NCBI GenBank assembly: GCA_965222075.1
Contig: OZ244937.1
Location: 3,968,001 to 4,032,000 of the forward strand
Direction of reading: 5' to 3'
Length of the DNA: 64,000 nt
Origin: Candidatus Latescibacterota bacterium
GTDB lineage: Bacteria > Latescibacterota > UBA2968 > GCA-2709665
Shown here piece after piece: positions 49,336-57,331 of the stretch. The notes beneath the pieces were generated by a model, which saw nothing but the letters and a program-made list of their open reading frames with translations, had not been told where the DNA came from and did not search any database. Within the stretch, counting starts at the first letter, position 1. Each line of letters begins with the position of its first letter. The position numbers were made by a program, and so were the translations under genes.

Positions 49336-51564
49336 TCAACGGTACAGATTGAAGGTAGCACCGAAGTAAACGGATCGGCGGAAGTAGGTCACGCGCGGGC
49401 GGCGTTCGGTATAGTCAATAGCGTAATCGTAGTCAAGCACATTGGCGCGGTTGAGCAGGTTGTTGATGGCCAGGTAGAAGATAGCCTGGTGTCCCTTCCC
49501 GAATGGAAGCAAATAGCTCAGACTCACATCCAGCCGGTGGAAGGGGGGCAGGCGCTCTGAGCCAATGCGGCCTTCGACAGGCAGGTAGTAGCTTCTGCCT
49601 TCTACGGGAACAGCATCCGTGACCGGTGTGATCGGACGCCCGGTGGCGTGTTTCAGAGTAAAACCGCCGCTGAGAGCGTCCGCCAGCCGCATCTTCGCCA
49701 CAAGCGTCAGGTTGTGCGTAATATCGAACGGCGAAGGAGCTTCTTCGTAGCGCACCGCATGCCCCAGGTGGCGGGGCTGCACCCGGCGCGACCGGAGCAG
49801 GCTATAGGCCACCCAGCCGTTGAAACGCGTGCGGAGGAAGCCGCCGTACTTGATGAACAGGTCCACGCCGGATGCCCTGCCTGTGCCGCCATTCGTGAAG
49901 TTTAAATCGGGGTGATCGAGGATCAGGTTGCGGTAGGGTTTGTAATAGGCCTCCAGTCGCATCATAATCTTATCGCGCTCGTGGTTCAACCCCGCGACCC
50001 AGTGTTGTGCGCGTTGGGGCCCCAGGTTGGGATTGCCGCTCGTGGCATCGTATTTAAACGGAGAGGGGAATTGGTGATAAATCCCCCAGCCCAGCCGCAG
50101 GTCCGTGTTTTTGGAGAACGGGTAACGCGTGGACAAACGCGGATCAACGACGAACCGGCCGGCCAGGGTGTGATGATCCGCACGAACTCCGGCATTGACG
50201 GCGATGCGGTGTGCGGGTTTGAAATCGACCTCGAAGTAGGCGCCGGTACGCTTCGCACCGTAGGAGATATTTAGTTCAAAGACCTCCGCTTGTGGATCGA
50301 GAATATCTTCCCGATAGGGTATCGTACCGAGAAATTGGTTGCCGATGTGCTCTATCTCAGCGCCGAAGCGGAGGGTTGCACGCGCGCTGAGGGCGCCTTC
50401 CAGATCCGCGCGAAATTTTGCGGTGAGATCGCCAGGCTTCAAGTCCAGATTGCCCAATTGCCGCCGCGCGGTGTAGCGGTTGAGCGAGGCACTGGTCTGG
50501 ACGAGCCAGTCCCCGAAGATATCGGTCCATTGGAGATTGTGAAGCCAGCTGGTGGTGCGATTCTGGTAGAGGCCTTCAAACGAAGGCTCGTCCACCCGCA
50601 CGCCCAATCGATCGTCCGTGTTAAAGCTGAAGAGCTTAAGACGTCCGGTAGGAGAGTACTGGTAAACCAGGTTGAGGTTGCCATCGTAGGCTCTTGGAAA
50701 GATGGTGAACTCATGGCGCTGGCCGTTGACGCGAAAGAGAAGGTCGGTGAAGCTGAGGTTGCCCGTGAAGCGCAGGCCGAATTTATCGGGGACGATAGGC
50801 GCATCGAAACCCAGAGAGCCGGCAGCCAGGCCGAGGTTGAGCGTATAGCGAGTTTGGCCGGGCAGGTTCTGGCTGTCCATCGCCAGCACGGCCGAGAGGG
50901 CGTTTCCATAACGTGCGGGGAAGCCGCCCGTAGAGAAAACCGTCCCCTTTACCATAAAGGGAGAAATGGTGCCGAATGCGCCTCCGGTGGGCGATTCGTA
51001 CTTGTAAGGATGAGTGACGGTGGCCTGGTCGAGCAGGATGAGGGTCTCGCTCACGTCACCGCCGCGTACGAACAAGCCGGCACCTTCGTCCACCATCGCC
51101 ACACCGGGGAAGGTCTTAATGGCCAGAAAGATATCGGCGGCGGCACCGGGAGTCGTAACGACATCCAGGGGAGAGAGGGTGACGGTCTCGGCCTCGCCGG
51201 TGGAATAGGTACTCGCGATGACGAAGGTCTCGCCCAGTTCAATGAGGGTTCTACGCAGCACTAAACGAACGGCCACGGTATCGCCGGGCGACAGGTGCAG
51301 GCTACGTCGGGCGGGTTCAAAACCAATAAAGGTGGCACGCAGCTCGCGTTTCCCCAGGTGTCGGGTGGCGAACCTGAAGCGGCCGTTGCTCCGCGTTACG
51401 GCGCCGTCGGTGGTGCCGATGATCTGCACGTTGGCAAAAGCCAGTGGCTTTCCCTTGCCGTCTACAACTTTTCCCTGTACGATCGCCAGGCCCTGTGCCT
51501 GGACGGCCAAAGGAAAACAGGCGCAGAAAAGGAGGAGAATCAACACAAACGTATTGTACTCCAT
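49336..51564 (-). CDS. TonB-dependent receptor with N-terminal carboxypeptidase regulatory-like domain
   Basis: Signal peptide, GKVVDGKGKPLAFANV, plug LFVRGG...STGGFPARYGNALSAVL, beta-barrel C-terminus. Confidence 0.9.
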   Translation of the reverse strand: MEYNTFVLILLLFCACFPLAVQAQGLAIVQGKVVDGKGKPLAFANVQIIGTTDGAVTRSNGRFRFATRHLGKRELRATFIGFEPARRSLHLSPGDTVAVRLVLRRTLIELGETFVIASTYSTGEAETVTLSPLDVVTTPGAAADIFLAIKTFPGVAMVDEGAGLFVRGGDVSETLILLDQATVTHPYKYESPTGGAFGTISPFMVKGTVFSTGGFPARYGNALSAVLAMDSQNLPGQTRYTLNLGLAAGSLGFDAPIVPDKFGLRFTGNLSFTDLLFRVNGQRHEFTIFPRAYDGNLNLVYQYSPTGRLKLFSFNTDDRLGVRVDEPSFEGLYQNRTTSWLHNLQWTDIFGDWLVQTSASLNRYTARRQLGNLDLKPGDLTAKFRADLEGALSARATLRFGAEIEHIGNQFLGTIPYREDILDPQAEVFELNISYGAKRTGAYFEVDFKPAHRIAVNAGVRADHHTLAGRFVVDPRLSTRYPFSKNTDLRLGWGIYHQFPSPFKYDATSGNPNLGPQRAQHWVAGLNHERDKIMMRLEAYYKPYRNLILDHPDLNFTNGGTGRASGVDLFIKYGGFLRTRFNGWVAYSLLRSRRVQPRHLGHAVRYEEAPSPFDITHNLTLVAKMRLADALSGGFTLKHATGRPITPVTDAVPVEGRSYYLPVEGRIGSERLPPFHRLDVSLSYLLPFGKGHQAIFYLAINNLLNRANVLDYDYAIDYTERRPRVTYFRRSVYFGATFNLYR

Positions 51565-51577
51565 AGTTATGATGGGA

Positions 51578-53275
51578 TTAACCACCATCCAGCCCCGGCA
51601 GCAGAACGTCTCTCACCCAGCCATTGTCAGGGTTCACTTCGAGCGCTTTGGCAAAAGCTTCCCTTGCTCCGTCGACATCGTCCTCCCCTTGCCGAATGAT
51701 TCCGAGCCAGGCGTAGACTTCGTCGTGGCCCCAGGAGGGCAGACGGGGATCGCCGACCTCCTGTTTTGAGAATAGCTCAGCAACTCGTTCGAGCTTCTCA
51801 ATGGCCCGTTGCCTGTCTCCTCCCCACATTGGGGGGGTATGATAGTCGCTCATACCATCGAGAAAGACGACCCGGGGATTATCACCCTCTATCCGCTTGG
51901 CCTTTTCAAGAACGCTCTTTGCTTGAGGCCCCAGCACCATGCCCAGGTGAGGCTTTAATCCTATTTTGTGTCCATAGACACTGGCCAGAAGGGCGTGAGC
52001 GTCACTGAAGCTGTCTTCCAACTCAATCGCCTTCTTGAGGTGATCGATAGCCTGGTCGATGCATGCCAGACGTGTGGTCTTATCGTTGGACTGAGCATTG
52101 AATAGTGTGGCCAGGCGGTATTCGGACAACCCAAGATAGTACAAAGCAAATGCCTCGTGCTCCCCATTCTGTCTGACACGTTCAAAGAGCTTCTGCGCTT
52201 CATATATCTTATCAATATCCGATTCATTTATCCCCGCCTGGAGCAGATCTTTCCCTTGAATTAAGAGAGAATCAGACCCTTGCTTCTTTTCAAGATGCCC
52301 GTGGCTGTAGCGCATATATCGCCTTCCTGTGGCTAACAGGTACACATCTTCAAGATCGGCGGATCGTACGGCGAACTGTTTTACCCCAAGGTCTCTCACC
52401 CGCTTCACTACCGACTCTTCGAAGCCCTCACCATTGCCATACACGCAGGTCCTCCGGGAGCTTAAATCGACATGCGTCACCCCAGGACAATCCTCCAGGG
52501 CTTCGGGACTGACCTCGGCATTTATCTCTACTTTCAGGTCTAACTGAAACCTCTCGAGAAGCTGTTGCACCGATCCCGAGGCAATAATCCGGCCGCTATT
52601 CATAACGCAGATCACATCGCTTTGCTGTTGCGCTTCCTGCATGTTGTGGGTCGTCATAACAATGGTAAGACCTTGACGGCGGTACTGGTCCAGGATCTCC
52701 CACAGTTCCCGGCGCAAATGCGGGTCCAGGTTGCTCGCCGGCTCATCCAGGATCAAGAGCGCAGGATTGCCCACCAGTGCAATGGCAATGAGAAGTCTTC
52801 GCCTTTCCCCTCCCGACAGGTCTTTGTAGGCCGTTTTCTGCTGTCGCTGCAACTCGAATACATTGAGTAACTCACCGGGATCAACAGGATTTTCGTACAT
52901 GCTCGCATATAGCCGCAAAGCCTCATTGACCCGAATATCAGCATAAAGGGAATCCTCCTGAAACTGGATGCCAATCCGACGCAGCAGATCCTTGCGACGC
53001 AGCAGATTATGGGCGAGTTCGCCAAATAAGAACACATCTCCGAGGTCGGGCTTTTTCAATCCAACGACACAATCTATGATGGACGTCTTACCGGCGCCGT
53101 TGGGACCAACCAGGCAGAAAACCTGCTGTGGGTATACGGCAAAACTGACGTCACTGACGGCGACGAGTTTGCCGTAGGTCTTGCGCAGTGATTTCACTTC
53201 TAAGACGGGCGATATCTGATCTCTACAGCCGTCGTCTGAGCCCAAAGTGCTCCGGGTGGGTGGTGTTGAGGTCAT
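51578..53275 (-). CDS. ABC ATP-binding protein fused to a C-terminal TPR domain
   Basis: GPNGAGKT, LSGGERRR and LILDEP, then DSLLIQGKDLLQAG...WGHDEVYAWLG, paralogous to the TPR protein at 48517. Confidence 0.8.
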   Translation of the reverse strand: MTSTPPTRSTLGSDDGCRDQISPVLEVKSLRKTYGKLVAVSDVSFAVYPQQVFCLVGPNGAGKTSIIDCVVGLKKPDLGDVFLFGELAHNLLRRKDLLRRIGIQFQEDSLYADIRVNEALRLYASMYENPVDPGELLNVFELQRQQKTAYKDLSGGERRRLLIAIALVGNPALLILDEPASNLDPHLRRELWEILDQYRRQGLTIVMTTHNMQEAQQQSDVICVMNSGRIIASGSVQQLLERFQLDLKVEINAEVSPEALEDCPGVTHVDLSSRRTCVYGNGEGFEESVVKRVRDLGVKQFAVRSADLEDVYLLATGRRYMRYSHGHLEKKQGSDSLLIQGKDLLQAGINESDIDKIYEAQKLFERVRQNGEHEAFALYYLGLSEYRLATLFNAQSNDKTTRLACIDQAIDHLKKAIELEDSFSDAHALLASVYGHKIGLKPHLGMVLGPQAKSVLEKAKRIEGDNPRVVFLDGMSDYHTPPMWGGDRQRAIEKLERVAELFSKQEVGDPRLPSWGHDEVYAWLGIIRQGEDDVDGAREAFAKALEVNPDNGWVRDVLLPGLDGG

Positions 53276-53277
53276 TT

Positions 53278-54051
53278 CTATACCTCCCACCTGAATGTTC
53301 TTAAGGAAACCAGGTATGCCAGTACAGTAATTCCCGCAAGAAACAGCAATGAGTTCACATGCTGAGAGACCGGGTCTCCGAGCCAGATACCGGAGAAGGT
53401 CTCTACGACATGGGTCAAAGGAGAAGCGTTGCTCAACTTCTGCAACCATTCCGGAAACAATTGCCGAGGAAAAGTAGCCCCTGATATAAAAAACATGGTG
53501 AGAAACAGAAATTTGCCCAACGCCTGGATGCTTCTTGGGGATTTAGATAGCCCACTTACAAAGAAGCCCAGAGCGAAAAAGCACGCGGTACAGACTACAG
53601 CTACGAACAGAACAGGAGCCCAATGCCCACGAAAATTGATATCAAAGACACATTCTGCTACAACAGCCAGGATCAATGAAGATATCACTAAAACGACAAA
53701 TTGGACCGCAGCGTGGGCACAAAGATAGCTCCCAAGTGAGACGGGGCTTACGACGTAACGCTTTAGAACGCCAATCTGACGGTAGGAAGCCAGAAAGTGG
53801 GTTAGATTGACAAGGCCGGCTTGTCCAACGTATGCTGCCATTAGCGCAGGTGCATAAAAATCCATATAGCGCAGGTCAGAGTGGTCCCACAGAGGAGAGT
53901 CCCCAAAAAGAGAACCGAATAATAGAAAGAGCAGTACAGGGAAAACGAAGGTAAAGAAGGCTGCTACCGGTTGACGAAGGAACAATTTGCTCTCTATAAC
54001 CCACAGCGTAAAGAAGCTGCGAAACCATACGCTTCTACCAGAAGATGCCAT
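53278..54051 (-). CDS. ABC-2 type permease
   Basis: FFTFVFPVLLFLLFG, FFISGATFP and SPLTHVVE; six TM segments. Confidence 0.88.
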   Translation of the reverse strand: MASSGRSVWFRSFFTLWVIESKLFLRQPVAAFFTFVFPVLLFLLFGSLFGDSPLWDHSDLRYMDFYAPALMAAYVGQAGLVNLTHFLASYRQIGVLKRYVVSPVSLGSYLCAHAAVQFVVLVISSLILAVVAECVFDINFRGHWAPVLFVAVVCTACFFALGFFVSGLSKSPRSIQALGKFLFLTMFFISGATFPRQLFPEWLQKLSNASPLTHVVETFSGIWLGDPVSQHVNSLLFLAGITVLAYLVSLRTFRWEV

Positions 54052-54456
54052 CTTAGCCAGAATCCTATTGGGGCACCCATGATGATGAAAATAGTTGCAT
54101 TAACAGACTTGTACTGTAACGTCCGCCGTCCGTACACGCCCTCTCACGCGTTTCGCCTCTGCGATCCCACCACCACCACGCCTGCCTGTCTGCGTGCGAC
54201 GCACAGGCAGGCGGGCTGGCGCCCCTAACTTGCCGACTCCCCCGGGTTGGTGTGGGGTGAAGGGGCTTTTCCGCGCAGATCCCCCCAGCACCTGCGCCCA
54301 AAAACGCCCAAAAGGTCCGCAGGGCACAAACGCCTGCTTACACCACAGGCGCAGTTCGCGGAAAAGCAGCCCCCGCGGCGTTTGAGCGGCCTGCCTGCAG
54401 CGCGGTGCGCCGCGCAGGCAGGCGCCCTTCTTTTTCGGCCTTTTTCTTGGGCGAAC

Positions 54457-56001
54457 CAGTAGTTTCCGGTTAGGATTTTGCAGAGGGGAGACAGCGAGGT
54501 CACAGAAGGCTTGATAAAAGGCGCTCTCCATGAAAGATTAGAGTTGTCAGTAAAAGACTCTACCCTTTCAAAGGAGGTGCCCATGTCGATCCTGTCCTGT
54601 TCCCCACTGTCTCCCATGGTAGAAGAAAAAGGATTTCCTAAAGGATCGCCAACATTTTCTGTCCTGCTTGGGCCTTTGGAAGCTTGCTTACCTTATCTGA
54701 CTCCGTTGGAATCAGGTAGCAACAAGCCGTTGACTTACACGTTTGCGCACCTGTCTGCGTAAGGAACGCACAGGCAGGTCAAATTCGGGGCTTAGTGTAT
54801 TATCATACAGAGACTTGCACGCCTGCCTGCCGCGCCGAACGCGGCGCAGGCAGGTCTGCTCAGGATCTGCTTTTCGCGGCAAGATGTGACCTGTCTGCGT
54901 GCAACGCACAGGCAGGTGGGTTTGTGAACCGATTGCTGGTGCCCCCATCAGGTCTTGGTAAGAGCACTTTTTATGAAGCCAATGCCAGTCGGGGCAGCAC
55001 TCAGATGATCGAGTTGGTGGACCTGTCTGCGTGCAACGCACAGGCAGGTCGACTTTCTAAGAAAGCCGCCAAATGCGTAGGCCGCTCTTACGCTGAGCTT
55101 GGCCATTTGGTGGTCATCGACGGGAGCCTGATTGGTGCGTGTTTGTCCATGACCTGGGCAGACGTATCTTGGAGATGTGCGCAAGGCCAAGATGCACTTA
55201 GGCTTGGATCTTTCCGGCTCGATTCCAAGAAAGATGATCCTGACCGAAGGGAGAGGCGCGGAAAGACCGTTTGTCTCTCATCTTCTAAAAGAAGGTGAAA
55301 CCGGCGTTCTGGATCGGGGCTACCAGGACCATCAGCGGTTTGATGCCTGGATTGCAGAAGGCAAGCACATAGTGGTGCGCTTGAAGAAGAACACCAAATG
55401 GGAAGTCATAGAAGCCCTACCATTTGAAAAAGGCACATCTATCTTCTTTTTTTCCAAAGTCTTACTGGGTGATCCCGTGCACAGGATGACCCATCCAGTC
55501 TACCTAATAGGCTTCGAAAGTCGAGGCAAAACATACTGGATCGCTACCGACAGAGAGGACCTGACCGCAGAGCAAATCGCCTTCATTTTCTCGCTTAGAT
55601 GGCAAGTTGAAACCTTCTTCGCCTGGTGGAAAAAGCACCTCAAGGTCTATCATCTCACCTGCCTGTGCGTTGCACGCTTGCCTGCGCGCAGCGCGCAAGC
55701 AGGCAGACAGGTCTCCAGAAACCCTCACGGTGTCCTGGTGCAATTGCTTTCTGGACTGATCACTTATCTTCTGTTGGTGATCTATTTCCATCAACGCTAT
55801 GGACAACGGCCTTGTGTGAAATATCTGCGACAGTTGAGATGGGATATCCGACATGAAACCCAGCCACCGACCCTTGTGCATATCTACCTGGTGATACAGA
55901 CCTGCCTGCGCCGCAGCGCGGCAGGCAGGCAGATACGCGGTTATCTCCACTGATTTTCCTATGGCTTTTGAACCCAGCAATTTTCTAACCGGAAATTGCT
56001 G
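54457..56001 (+). mobile_element. IS4-family insertion sequence, inactivated
   Basis: TIRs cagtagtttccggttag / ctaaccggaaattgctg; 8-bp TSD GGGCGAAC at 54449-54456 and 56002-56009. Confidence 0.92.
54583..55988 (+). pseudogene. IS4-family DDE transposase interrupted by 7 hairpin insertions and one +1 frameshift
   Basis: Motifs IDGSLI, DRGY and RWQVETFFAWWK. 1406 nt minus 199 nt of hairpins minus 1 nt = 1206 nt, i.e. 401 aa plus stop. Confidence 0.9.
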
Positions 56002-56091
56002 GGGCGAACAAGAAAAAGGCCAAGAGTAAAAGAAAGGTTATTTTCTAAGCAGTTTCTCACACCCACCCTATTTCCGAGCCTCCCTCTGCAT

Positions 56092-56499
56092 TCAGAGCCT
56101 GGCACCCCGGATCACCGTCTGCAGGGCGTCAAGGTGGGTCCGCAAGGCCGTCCTGCCCTTCTCCGTGAGGCTGTACCAGCTCACCGGCTTGCGATTTTCA
56201 AACTGCTTGGACACACCCACGTACCCGGCATCCTCCAGTTTACGCAGGTGCGCTCCCATATTCCCATCCGTCTCCTTGAGAAGCTGCTTCAGGCTGGTAA
56301 ACGACATCGCGTCTGTGTCGGCCAGCAGCACACACACACCGAGCCGGCTGCGGTGTTCCAGCAGCTTGTCCAGCCATGCCAGGCCTTTGGAAGTAACTTC
56401 AGCGGGTTGCGCCATCTTTTCTCTGTCTACACGCTCTCGAATATCGGAGCACGCCAGGCCTTTGGAAGTGACTTCAGCGGGTTGCGGTGGCTTTGTCAT
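56092..56499 (-). CDS. Winged-helix transcriptional regulator (HTH_34/ArsR-MarR-like)
   Basis: LDKLLEHRSRLG...SFTSLKQLLKETDGNMGAHLRKLEDAGYV...YSLTEKGR. Confidence 0.88.
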   Translation of the reverse strand: MTKPPQPAEVTSKGLACSDIRERVDREKMAQPAEVTSKGLAWLDKLLEHRSRLGVCVLLADTDAMSFTSLKQLLKETDGNMGAHLRKLEDAGYVGVSKQFENRKPVSWYSLTEKGRTALRTHLDALQTVIRGARL

Positions 56500-57058
56500 C
56501 CTTCGGTTTCATCCCTATCGTGCTGGCAACAAGACTGGCGGCCGTGGCCAGGCCGACGGTTGTCCAGGGGTAAGGCTCGATGTAGTCGACGGCGGCCGAT
56601 CCGAGAATGAGCAGGATGCCCGGCCAGAGGGTGCGCCGGTCCAGGTGCAGGCCGCCCAGAAAAAGGACCGCGCCACAGATGAGCGCGAAGAACTGGCTGA
56701 TGACCCAGCCGTCGAACCCGTGAGAGACCGCAATAGAAAGCACAGCAACGCCCGCGACGAAGATACTGCCCCAGTGCAAGGCGTGTTTGGCCCCCAGACG
56801 GCGGCTGAGCACCCCGCGTTCCTTTGCCGACCGGGCGCCGAGCCAGAGGCTGAGCAGGAACCCGAGCAGAGGGGCAACACTCCAGAACAGGGCCGAGGCA
56901 TCCACGTAGAAGTCGTTCAGTCCGTATCCGACGCTGATGATCACGGCCCACACGACGGAAATCCCTACCGAACGATACTGGCCCCGTTCCCGCTGTTCCA
57001 CCGCCTGTCGGACGAACAATACGTCCTCTTCGAGCTTCTGCTTCATATTGGCGTCCAT
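56474..57058 (-). CDS. Membrane protein (about 6 TM) encoded with the wHTH regulator
   Basis: Hydrophobic 194-aa ORF overlapping the regulator gene; GAGG RBS. Confidence 0.75.
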   Translation of the reverse strand: MDANMKQKLEEDVLFVRQAVEQRERGQYRSVGISVVWAVIISVGYGLNDFYVDASALFWSVAPLLGFLLSLWLGARSAKERGVLSRRLGAKHALHWGSIFVAGVAVLSIAVSHGFDGWVISQFFALICGAVLFLGGLHLDRRTLWPGILLILGSAAVDYIEPYPWTTVGLATAASLVASTIGMKPKDDKATATR

Positions 57059-57122
57059 CGGAACCTCCTTACAAGAATACCTGCGCCCCGTCGCCCTAAA
57101 TGGTTCAAAATATTTTAGAGTT

Positions 57123-57157
57123 CTCTATAAAATAGAGTTAAAAGACACCATTGTCAA
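57123..57157 (-). promoter_or_regulatory. Sigma70 promoter with overlapping palindromic operator
   Basis: TTGACA-17 bp-TATTTT on the minus strand; ctcta-taaaa-tagag inverted repeat overlaps the -10, plausibly bound by the wHTH protein. Confidence 0.5.
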
Positions 57158-57331
57158 CCCCTTTTTCTATTTTTTTACAGTAAAGTAAAAACCACCAACT
57201 TTCGTCCGTCGTCCGTCGTCTGCTTTCCCATTGCGCCCATATTCCCTTTATATTATATTGACTTTTCCGTATTTATTGGTGTTCATCAATGGTCATCGGT
57301 GGTTGGTTTTTTTTGCGCATTCGGAGAAGCA

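Larger units (their letters stand above)
54067..56057. repeat. ~430-bp structured non-coding repeat element, copy 2, split by an IS4 insertion
   Basis: Matches 24370-24800; the IS sits in the loop of the terminal ggcctttttcttg/caagaaaaaggcc hairpin. Confidence 0.85.

Noticed and set aside
54750-55048. Four palindromic 27-33 bp repeats with 35-105 bp gaps resembling a CRISPR array
   Set aside because: The 'spacers' are consecutive pieces of one transposase frame, the repeats differ in type and spacing, and no cas genes are present.
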